Shown in pieces: positions 1-10,135 of a stretch of 64,000 nt of DNA. Within the stretch, counting starts at the first letter, position 1; every line of letters begins with the position of its first letter. The translations under genes were made by a program, and so were the position numbers. The stretch lies in the NCBI GenBank assembly GCA_964016885.1, contig OZ024752.1:42718001-42782000 (forward strand), given 5' to 3'. This DNA comes from Eledone cirrhosa (taxonomy: Eukaryota). Under the pieces are notes generated by a model that worked only from the letters and a program-made list of their open reading frames with translations, was not told where the DNA came from and ran no database searches.

Positions 1-80
1 ACCTAGGCATTTGCCGGGTCCCTCTGCTAGTAAAATGCGAATGAAAGAAAGGAAAGGGTGAGAAGAGAAGAAAGGAAGAG
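1..80 (-). other. Possible first exon of a divergent gene (5' UTR plus ATG CCT AG|GT)
   Basis: Minus strand reads CTCTTCCTTT...GGCAAATGCCTAGGT to the window edge. TOP-like start, ATG at 10-8 with A at -3. Confidence 0.3.
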
Positions 81-254
81 TAAGAATACAATACGTAAGT
101 AGGTCATTAGAATGACAGCAGTTTGAATAATGTACGCATGCGTGGGAATGTGGAAGCGTTGACTTCCGGTTCTATTTGTATATTCTATTGCTTGGCGTAC
201 TGAATGAGTAGGTTAGCGTATACACTGGTAATAATTGAAGAGAAAAAGGTCAGT
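43..254. promoter_or_regulatory. Candidate bidirectional promoter with non-coding first exon of NDST
   Basis: NRF1-like ACGCATGCGT (134-143) and ETS/GABP ACTTCCGGT (162-170). + strand donor AAG|GTCAGT at 248/249. - strand pyrimidine tract CTCTTCCTTTCTTCTC starting near 80. Confidence 0.5.
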
Positions 255-606
255 GCGCGTATATTTTTTTGGTGTATATCTCTTTTCATTCACTACTTAG
301 TATTTTTACTCCAATATATATATATATTGTATATATTTGGACAGTTTTATCATTTTTCCATCTATGTTTATCGTTGTTGTGTTTTTTTGGCAATTAGATT
401 ACCATTAATTACTGACGTGTGTGTGTGTGGTGATTCACAGGTGAAAACTATACATTAGATCTAGTTGTTTAGATGAGATGAAACAACATATTTGAAAATC
501 AAACATACACACACCGTCTAGTGAGTTCGTAAGAAGACTAACTGTATAAGATCGCCCTGCTGTTGAAGAAAAATGTTTAGTAGGGAAAATGCTAATGGTG
601 TGTGTA

Positions 607-654
<48 letters not shown>

Positions 655-656
<2 letters not shown>

Positions 657-872
657 TTCCGGGTTCAATCGGGGGTAACGCCAGTAAGTAAAGTACTCAA
701 TACATAGAGTATTTACAAGATTTAATACAGGAATGGCTTCTACAGGACTAGAACTATTTCATTCGAAGGAAATCATCAGGGCTTTCGTGATGATTTCATC
801 ATCAGTTCCTGATGATTTCATACAAATGAAACAGTTTTAGTCCTGTAGAAGCTTTTTCTATATTAAATCTTC
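655..872 (-). mobile_element. Family A hammerhead-bearing element (Penelope-like terminus) with inverted arm, within (TA)n
   Basis: Homologous to 7560-7710, 7776-7975 and 50978-51170. Inverted repeat about 722-870. Confidence 0.6.
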
Positions 873-873
873 G

Positions 874-907
<34 letters not shown>

Positions 908-1400
908 GGTAAAGAAATGTTACACTCTAATCAACATGTATTGAGTGCTTATTCAATTTATGTTTGAATATAAGTACAGGCAGATTTTGACAACAAATGT
1001 GATAGGTCTTATACAGCGGAAAATAGGATACTTAGAAGAAGGTGGGAACTATTTCAGATATGTACTTTGTTAGGCTTCGTGCTGTTTAGTTTGTCTATTA
1101 TTTTCGGGGTGTTTTGATCATATTTCCCTAATTATTATTACATATTTACTACTTTTCAGTTAACTTCTTCCCTTTCACTCGAGTTAAAATAATACGTTAC
1201 AATATATATATGTATATATATATATATACATTTGATCACACACATACATACATACATACATACATACATGCATGCATGCATGCATGCATGCATGTGTGTG
1301 ATGCCAAAATGGGACAAAAACTAGGAAGACTAGGTTTTATATATATATATATAAATGAAGGTATAGAAATTGTTTTAGCGAGAAGCTAATAGTATTCTAT

Positions 1401-1446
<46 letters not shown>

Positions 1447-1571
1447 GAGAAGAGGTTACAATATATATATATATTTATGTATGTCTTACCATTCTAACAA
1501 TGCTAAGTGAACAGCTTATTGGGCAATTCTTTAAGACGTCGTACCCTAATTCTCTCTCTCTACATACACAC

Positions 1572-1608
<37 letters not shown>

Positions 1609-1689
1609 CGAAGGAAATGTGGTAAGGAACCAGATGGACCATAACGCACCAAAGTACTCAATACTTAGGGTAGTAGAGTGGGTAATAGG

Positions 1690-1782
1690 AACGAGTAGGA
1701 CCCCGACGGCTGAGCTCAAGCCGTTTCGCCAGAATTAGCCGTCGAAACGGCTTGAGCTCAGCCGTCGGGGTCCCACTCGTTC
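1690..1782. repeat. Inverted repeat carrying the 3' half of a hammerhead (GAAACGGCT..AGCCGTC)
   Basis: About 38-bp arms. The element terminus at 1607-1690 recurs at 7983-8060, and a fragment lies near 38345-38390. Confidence 0.75.
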
Positions 1783-1849
1783 ATATATATATATATATAT
1801 ATATACACAATATATTAATAAATGGAAACTATATTTATAAAACCATATT

Positions 1850-1915
1850 TATTTTATTATACATATTTCAAGGGCAACCAAGGTAAATTATGGTGCGCTT
1901 TCATCAGATAAAATA
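1850..1915 (-). ncRNA. Type I hammerhead ribozyme motif (family B)
   Basis: Reverse complement reads TATTTTAT-CTGATGA-AAG..CTT-GAAA-TATGTATA-ATAAAATA. 8-bp stem I. Confidence 0.7.
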
Positions 1916-1989
1916 CAGATTTGTTTTATAAATAAATATTGACATACCCGGAAAAAAAGACAACCTTAACGGTTGGAGCTTCCTGGATA

Positions 1990-2039
<50 letters not shown>

Positions 2040-2634
2040 GTTTCTATTTTTGGCACAAGGCCAGCAAATATTTCGAAGGTAGAGAGAGAGAATTAGGGTG
2101 CGACTTCTTAAAGTACATTACTGGTATTTTATTTTATTGACCCCGTAAATATGAAAGGCAAAGTTATATATAATATATATAATATATATAATGTATTATG
2201 TATGTATATATAAGATATAGTCGTGGCTTGTTGCATTTGTAATACTGGCTCCTTTTTGCCCCTATTCACATTTCCACTGAGTGAGCGTAAACAGATTTCT
2301 GTGTGAAGAAATGGAAGTTATTTCAGATGAGCGTTCAAGAATCTCATGAATATGTTTTCGCCTTCACTTCAAAGAAATCCGTGTGTGGATTAATTACTAC
2401 CTTGTATTATTTTTCTTCTTTCATTGTTTAGCATTTTGTGTGTATGTCTGTATATATATATATAAATATATATCCTAGAAACGATCGTTAAATAATGAAC
2501 TTTTTTTGTTTAATATAAGGAACTGTTTCATTGTTTATTCATTATTTGTTTAATATTTTATATAAATATATATATATATATATATATTGTCTTTTTTTCC
2601 GGGTATGTCAATATTTATTTATAAAACAAATCTG

Positions 2635-2700
2635 TATTTTATCTGATGAAAGCGCACCATAATTTGCCTTGGTTGCCCTTGAAATATGTATAATAAAATA
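2635..2700 (+). ncRNA. Type I hammerhead ribozyme motif (family B)
   Basis: Stem I TATTTTAT/ATAAAATA, core CTGATGA..GAAA, stem II AAG/CTT, near-palindromic stem III, AUA cleavage triplet. Confidence 0.72.
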
Positions 2701-2869
2701 AATATAGTTTCCATTTATTAATATATTACGATCTGAGTTCAAATCCCGCCGAGGTTGACTTTGCCTTTCATCCTTACGGGGTCGATAAAATAAAGTACCA
2801 GTAATGCACTGGGTAATTTGCTGGCCTTGTGCCTAAAGTAGAAACAATTAATATATTATATATATATAT

Positions 2870-2919
<50 letters not shown>

Positions 2920-2959
2920 CAAAATATTAATAAATGAAGACGTTCACATAATCAAAATA

Positions 2960-3031
2960 TATGTTTTATTATATATATTTCGGAGGTAACTGTGTTGTTT
3001 TTCCAGTACGTCCTCATCAGATAAAATATAT
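2960..3031 (-). ncRNA. Type I hammerhead ribozyme motif (family C, left arm of inverted repeat)
   Basis: Mirror copy of 3103-3172: CTGATGA-GGA..TCC-GAAA-TATATAT-A-ATAAAA. Confidence 0.72.
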
Positions 3032-3102
3032 GAATTGATGTATGACATACCTCAACTGTGCTGATGGTTCAATTCCAGTATTGGCAGACAGTTGAGGTAT
3101 TC

Positions 3103-3172
3103 ATATATTTTATCTGATGAGGACGTACTGAAAAAACAGCACAGTACCTCCGAAATATATAACAAAATATAT
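3103..3172 (+). ncRNA. Type I hammerhead ribozyme motif (family C)
   Basis: ATATATTTTAT-CTGATGA-GGA-cGTACTG..CAGTACc-TCC-GAAA-TATAT-A-ACAAAATATAT. All three stems can be drawn. Confidence 0.78.
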
Positions 3173-3272
3173 TTTGATTGCGTTGAATGTCTATATTTAT
3201 TAATATTTTGAATTAATATATATATATATATATATATATAATGTATTGAAGTTTCCGTTGGAATTGTTTTAT

Positions 3273-3350
3273 ATTGCCTTGTCCGACGAACGAATGAGGA
3301 CGTTTCTTTCGTATTCGTTTTATTCGGGAAACCTCTGGTAATGAGGTAAT
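3273..3350 (+). ncRNA. Hammerhead-like motif with variant core (family E)
   Basis: 10-bp stem I ATTGCCTTGT/ATGAGGTAAT (with G.U pairs), core CCGACGA..GAAA, stem III ACC-tct-GGT, GUA triplet. Confidence 0.6.
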
Positions 3351-3449
3351 TATATTGTATTGTTTATTATACATTATATATATATATATAAAATAAAGTA
3401 CCAGTAATGCACTGGTTAATTGTGGCCTTGTGTCTAACGTAGAAACAAT

Positions 3450-3482
<33 letters not shown>

Positions 3483-3553
3483 TTGACGCTATAGTCACAT
3501 ATATTATGGAATACTGTTGGCTTCTTGCTACAATAATTTCTATACTTTTCATT

Positions 3554-3584
<31 letters not shown>

Positions 3585-3732
3585 GCTAATAAAGACTTTT
3601 GATGTATTGAAGGCTTCTTTGGTTTATTTTCATAATTCTTCGGCTCTGTTTAATTACATGAGCTATACTTTTACTGTCATTTCTATAATACGAAGAGGGT
3701 GTTTAACTCCAACACACTCTAGTATTTTAATT

Positions 3733-3782
<50 letters not shown>

Positions 3783-4067
3783 CGTGTGTGTGTAACAAAA
3801 ATATGTATGTTGCACACACGCACACAACTCGAATTTCTTGGCACAATTGTCACTTATAAATGCCTTTGGTGGATCTTAGACATTTCAAAGTAAATCGTGT
3901 GGACCTTTCCTAACTTATGAAATGATTTTCTATTTAGGTTGTCATTCAAACATACACATATCTCTGTGTATGTGTGAGCATGTTTGTATGTATAGATGTA
4001 TATGTGCGTACGGACGTACGCGTGTATATGCCCGTGTTATGCATGCTTCTATGTATAGATGTCTATA

Positions 4068-4100
<33 letters not shown>

Positions 4101-4451
4101 GTATATATGTGTGTGTATATATGTGTGTATATATGTGTGTATATATATATAGATGTATATGTGCGTACGGACGTACGCGTGTATATGCCCGTGTTATGCA
4201 TGCTTCTATGTATAGTTGTCTATATGTGTGTGTGTGTATATATATGTGTGTATATATGTGTGTGTATATATATATATAGATGTATATGTGTGTATGGATG
4301 ATAGATGTATGCGTGTATATGTTTGTGTTAATCATGCTTGTATGTATAGATGTTTATATGTGTGTGTATATATGTATTTATATATATTTGTATAGATGTT
4401 TATATGTGTGTATGGATGTATGCGTGTATATGTCTCTGAAGTGCATGTTTG

Positions 4452-4490
<39 letters not shown>

Positions 4491-4564
4491 ATATGGATGT
4501 GTGTGTGTGTGTGTGTCTCTGTTATGCATGTTTGCATGTATATGTATATATATATATGTGTGTG

Positions 4565-4595
<31 letters not shown>

Positions 4596-4827
4596 ATGGA
4601 TGTTCGCGAGTGTATACATGCTTGCTTGTATATATGTATGTCTATATATATATATCTGTATATATGTGGGTGTGCGCGTTCGTATTGAAACCAAATTAGT
4701 GTTTTTTAGTAAATTTGCTGATGAATGGAAAAAATTGTTGGATTTGATTCTATGAATGGTGTTAGTATTGGTGTTGATGGCGATGATGTTGGTGACAGCC
4801 CCCCCCCCACACACACACACATACACG

Positions 4828-4880
<53 letters not shown>

Positions 4881-5042
4881 CAAAATTTAGTACATCATCA
4901 TCGAAGCTTTGGTTGCACCCGAGCTAACGAATGCAATCTCGGTGTACAGCTAAGCACTCAATAGGGTATATTACCCTAGAGTTATAACATTACGTTTAGA
5001 CAGCTTTGCATACGTCAATATTATATATATATATATATATAT

Positions 5043-5176
5043 ATTATTATGTAATAAACAACATAAGGCAATTATTCCATTTACCAGTGGTTTCTTAAAA
5101 GCAAAAAACGTTTTTTGCTTTTAAGAAACCACTGGTAAATGGAATAATTGCCTTATGTTGTTTATTACATAATAAT
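5043..5176. repeat. Spacer-less palindrome (about 67-bp arms)
   Basis: Centre AAAAAAC|GTTTTTT at 5109/5110. Contains GAAACCACTGGTA, similar to the family E stem III. Confidence 0.9.
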
Positions 5177-5247
5177 AATAATTAAGCTCTGTTGCTTACA
5201 TAGAGCACTCTTTTTTCCTGGACTTTTCCGATGGAATTACTTCATTT

Positions 5248-5293
<46 letters not shown>

Positions 5294-5505
5294 TACGTAT
5301 CGAGAGAGATAAAAGGAGGGTTAGGTGATCATGTAGTTATTTCATGAAAGGAACGCTTTTTAGTTAGTTATTATACCCTTGAGAAGCCCATTCGGGCGAA
5401 GCGTTCCTTTCATGTAAGGAACGCTTTTTAGTTAGTTATTATGCCCATGAGAAGCCCATTCGGGCGAAACGTTTTAACTGTCTGTTCTGTATTTTACTTC
5501 TCCAC

Positions 5506-5549
<44 letters not shown>

Positions 5550-5733
5550 AAATGGGGAGAAGAATACTGCAGGTTGCACATGGATAACATGTTATAAAAT
5601 GAGTCCCTCATCAGTGATTTGCCGACGATCATAGATATTTCATTGCATTAATACTATATATATATATATATAATTATTGAGTAAAATGACAGGAGGCCGG
5701 TCTGGTGAAATTCCTTCAAAGATTTATTATAGC

Positions 5734-5795
5734 AAACACTATGTACATTTCATTGGCCAGGTTCCGTAAGATCCTGGTGACATCATCGGGCGTTT
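5734..5795 (-). ncRNA. Hammerhead-like motif with variant core (family H)
   Basis: Reverse complement reads AAACGC-CCGATGA-..CCAGG..CCTGG..-GAAA-TGTACAT-A-GTGTTT. Palindromic stem III. Confidence 0.6.
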
Positions 5796-5927
5796 ATTGC
5801 ATAACAGTTATATAATAAAGGTATAATGGTAAACACAATCCAAGAGGCTAAGAAAAACACACAGAGAAAAATGTTTTTGACTCAAAGGCGGTTAGGGCCA
5901 GTCAGTTTGTCCAAATCGTCCTTGTAT

Positions 5928-5995
<68 letters not shown>

Positions 5996-6275
5996 CATAT
6001 ATACAGGGAGTGTAACGTGTAGTTACTGTAGGTTCACCCGGGTGAGCACTCCATGTTTAGGTTCACATCAGTGTCGAGGTGTAGAGCTTTTTTTCATTAC
6101 CATTGTAAGGGTTCTAACGAGCCGCGGATTACAGAGTCGGGATAGATCGATACAGCTCGAACCTTGAGCTTAGTAGATACATATATATATATACATACAC
6201 ACACACCCACACATTATATATATATATATATACAATATTAAATAAATGGAAAACTATATTTATAAAACCATATTT

Positions 6276-6339
6276 ATTTCATTATATATATTTCGGGGAT
6301 ATCATATTAACAATATGCTATGCCTTCATCAGACAAAAT
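6276..6339 (-). ncRNA. Type I hammerhead ribozyme motif (family D, left arm)
   Basis: Mirror of 6500-6563 within the 378-bp palindrome. Confidence 0.65.
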
Positions 6340-6499
6340 ACAATATAAACAGTTTTATAGATAAATATATTCGACATACCGTAATAAACATCAACTTCAT
6401 TTGAAGAGGTTCACTCTAGCTAGAGTGAACCTCTTCAAATGAAGTTGATGTTTATTACGGTATGTCGAATATATTTATCTATAAAACTGTTTATATTGT

Positions 6500-6563
6500 A
6501 TTTTGTCTGATGAAGGCATAGCATATTGTTAATATGATATCCCCGAAATATATATAATGAAAT
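6500..6563 (+). ncRNA. Type I hammerhead ribozyme motif (family D)
   Basis: ATTTTGT-CTGATGA-AGG..CATATT/AATATG..CCC-GAAA-TATATAT-A-ATGAAAT. Related to family B. Confidence 0.65.
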
Positions 6564-6692
6564 GAATATGGTTTTATAAATATAGTTTTCCATTTATTTA
6601 ATATTGTAAATATACTCCAAGTATTTGTCGAGTGCTTTTATATCAGTTATAAATATTTACTAGTTGTAACCCACCAATTTTAAATATAACTT

Positions 6693-6742
<50 letters not shown>

Positions 6743-6963
6743 GTGTGTGTGTGTATATATATATATATGTGTATCTATTGTTATTGTGGTATATGTATGG
6801 CCACTAACTTCGGTTGTTTTTCTTGGTGTCACACTTTTTAACTGTTGTTTCCTCTCCAGACGGTAATGTATTAACATAACCGTTCTATTGAGTGCTTTGT
6901 GACTGCCTCAAACAACTCAAGTAGTATCTGCTATATAGTTGCTACAACTTCGTTTCATACCTA

Positions 6964-7008
<45 letters not shown>

Positions 7009-7016
7009 GATAAATC

Positions 7017-7054
<38 letters not shown>

Positions 7055-7236
7055 GATAAATCTACCAAGAGTTTACGGTAGTGTCCAATCCGTATGAAGA
7101 ACTCAATGTAATCCGGATATCATGGAAAGAAGAGATGCATTCAAAAATCACTTTCGGTGAAAGATAAACGGAATACAGAGTCAAGATAAAATATTAAAAA
7201 AATAATGAATAAAACAATATTAAACAAAAAAAGTGC

Positions 7237-7383
7237 ATTATTTAACGATCGTTTCTAGGACATATATGTGTTAGAATTGGCATGCATATTCAACAGATCT
7301 ATGTACAAAATTATACAAAATTATACAAACTATCAAATATAATATACATACCAACACATACATATGCCGTCTTCAGAAATAAT
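7237..7383 (-). ncRNA. Type I hammerhead motif with long stem II (family I)
   Basis: Reverse complement reads ATTATTT-CTGAAGA-cGGCATATGTATGTGTTGG...CTAACACATATATGTCcta-GAAA-CGATCG-TT-AAATAAT. A truncated + strand copy lies at about 2472-2550. Confidence 0.6.
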
Positions 7384-7404
7384 ATAAATATATAAATAAA
7401 TATC

Positions 7405-7445
<41 letters not shown>

Positions 7446-7708
7446 ATTAGAATACTGGAGCGTGTTGGGGTTAAACACCCTCTTCGTATTATAGAAATGA
7501 CAGTAAAAGGTATAGCTCAATGCAGTTAAACAGAGCCAAAAAACTATATATATATAGTTTTAATATAGATGAGATTCTACAGGACTAGAACTGTTTCATT
7601 CTTTAGAAATCATCAGGAATCAGAATCAGGAATATTAAAACTTTTATACTCTGCAATGTATTGAGTACCTTACTTACTGTGATTACCTCCGATTCAACCC
7701 GGAATAAC

Positions 7709-7779
<71 letters not shown>

Positions 7780-7895
7780 CAAACGGAGGGTATCCACACT
7801 AAGTAAGGTACTCTTTACATAGTAGAGTATATAATGTTTAATATAGAAATAGCTTCTACAGGACTCGAACTGTTTCATTCGAAGGAAATCATCAG

Positions 7896-7954
7896 GGATT
7901 TCCTGATGATTTCCTTTTTCCTTCGAATGAAACAGTTCTAGTCCTGTAGAAGCC
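7896..7954 (+). ncRNA. Type I hammerhead motif (family A)
   Basis: TTTC-CTGATGA-..TTC/GAA..-GAAA-CAG-ttctagtc-CTG-TA-GAAG. Stem III ACAG/CTGT, GUA triplet. Confidence 0.55.
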
Positions 7955-8071
7955 ATTTCTATATCAAACAATATATATATAAAACGAAGGAAGTGTGGTA
8001 AGGAACCAGATAGACCCATAACGCACCAGAGTACTCAATACTTAGGGTAGGTAATAGGAAAATGTTTTTCC

Positions 8072-8109
<38 letters not shown>

Positions 8110-8146
8110 AGGGTGTTAAAGTTTGCTTGAAGCATTGTGAAATGTG

Positions 8147-8308
8147 TAAAAATACGTATTTAAGAAAGCCACAACAATGCAAAGGGAAATCTCGAGGTAG
8201 GAAGTGAAATATAGATAGGAAAAACACCTGTTTTTCCTATCTATATTTCACTTCCTACCTCGAGATTTCCCTTTGCATTGTTGTGGCTTTCTTAAATACG
8301 TATTTTTA
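8147..8308. repeat. Palindrome (about 80-bp arms, 2-nt spacer)
   Basis: TAGGAAAAACA-cc-TGTTTTTCCTA centre, flanked by (TA)n. Confidence 0.9.
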
Positions 8309-10135
8309 TATATATATATATATATATATACTTAAAAATGTATAACATAATTATGATTATAATTACTCACACTAATATTATAATATTAGTACTACTGTTA
8401 TATATATATATACACACACACCATATGTGTGCGTGTATATATGTGTATATATACCGTCTGTGTATATATATGTACCGTATTTGTGTGTGTATATACATAC
8501 ACACCTCCAGAGACAGATTGTTGGCAAAGAAAATAATGTTTTATAACCGTTGCCCCTTCTTTTGTTTTATATTTTTGTTCCATAAATTTTACATAAAATA
8601 ATTTTAGAACGTTTTTGCGAGCACGTAATGTTTGTGTGATAGACGGACAAACAATCCAATACAATCATTATTATATAATAGAAAGTACCTAACAAACCTA
8701 TTCCGTTGCTTGTATCTAGCAGAGAAAGACGAGTAGAAAATATAATTTATGCTTAGCTAAGTATTTTTACTTCCCAAATCTGTTTATTTATGTTCGCAGT
8801 GTTTGTAGGAAATGTCACTAGCGAAAACTATCTCTCAAATTCTGAGGTTTATATTTATAAACGAGGGGATGATTAGGGCGTCACCTTTGAACATTTTATT
8901 CGCTGTTGATACGGACCTGTCATCTCTCCCCGTTTGGCGGGGAGACCTCCCACCCACACCAAAGTGGGCGGGAGGTGTCTTTTGTGAAAATAAAAAAAAA
9001 GAGAAAAGGGGGAAAAAAACCCAAAACGAAAATAACATTTCAAATATTGAAGGTCAATGGGAAGCAGATTATGGATAAGAAAATGAAAAAGAAAAGAGGA
9101 AACCAAGGAAGCTGTAATACATCTAGAAGTTTCTCTTGTTGAATCTTTTCCTAGCTTCCATGTACTCAAAGATTTTGTGTATATTTGGTAGACCTTTAGC
9201 ATTTAAACCGGCTGTACCTGGCCAGAATTCTCTCACCTCTTTCTGTTCAAACCAGCTGTTTGCGGCCCACACAAAGGTTTTTACAGCACAAGCATGTTTT
9301 ATCTTGGTAATATAAAATAAAAAAATTAGTTGTAATGTGTGCAATAGGTTTTCGTGGTGTGTAGCCCTCAGACAACACGTGACTCTCAGGGGACTCTTAG
9401 TTTGACGTGCTTGGGGAAAATGACCTTGCTTTTTCTGGTTGTTGTTTGTTGTTGTTATAGCCTTAAAACTGTTGTTCATCTTTTTCCTTTTCTTCTATGT
9501 TGAATAATACTATAGCAGGGGAAGTGACCTTAACATCCTTTTCTTCTATGTTGAATAATACTATAGCAAGGGAAGTGACCTTAACATCCTTTTCTTCTAT
9601 GTTGAATAATACTATAGCAGAGGAAGTGACCTTAACATCCTTATTCTTAGGGGAATGCTGACTGCTTAGAAGAATGGTTGTTCCATACTCAAAACATTTT
9701 ATACTATAGTGGAGGTGTCAGACAACAACAAAATCTAGTTGAACTAGTGAACTAGTGTGATTGTACTTGAAATAATTGTTTCTACTTTAGGCACAAGGCC
9801 AGCAATTACCCAGTGCATTACTGGTACTTTATTCTACCGACCCCGTAAGGATGAAAGGCAAAGTCAACCTCGGCGGGACTTGAACTTAGATGGTAATGTA
9901 CTGGGTATTTGCTGGCCTTGTGCCAAAAGTTGAAACAATTATTTATTTTGAGAACAATACCTTAACATCAGTATGAGCGGGTAGTTATGGCTGGTTTGAA
10001 CAGAAAGAAGTGAGAGAATTCTGGCTGGGTTATAGCTGGTTTAAATGCTAAAGGGTTAAATAGTAGCAGTCACTGAACAACGTTGTGACATCATAAAGGT
10101 TTTTTTTTTAAATAGTTCCCTTGAGGGCTCTACAG

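Larger units (their letters stand above)
6231..6608. repeat. Near-perfect 378-bp palindrome
   Basis: Centre CTCTAG|CTAGAG at 6419/6420, 189-bp arms. Confidence 0.92.

Noticed and set aside
3590-3735. Island repeated in inverse at 7443-7545, considered as another hammerhead
   Set aside because: CCGAAGA..GAAA is present on the - strand, but stems I and III could not be drawn convincingly.
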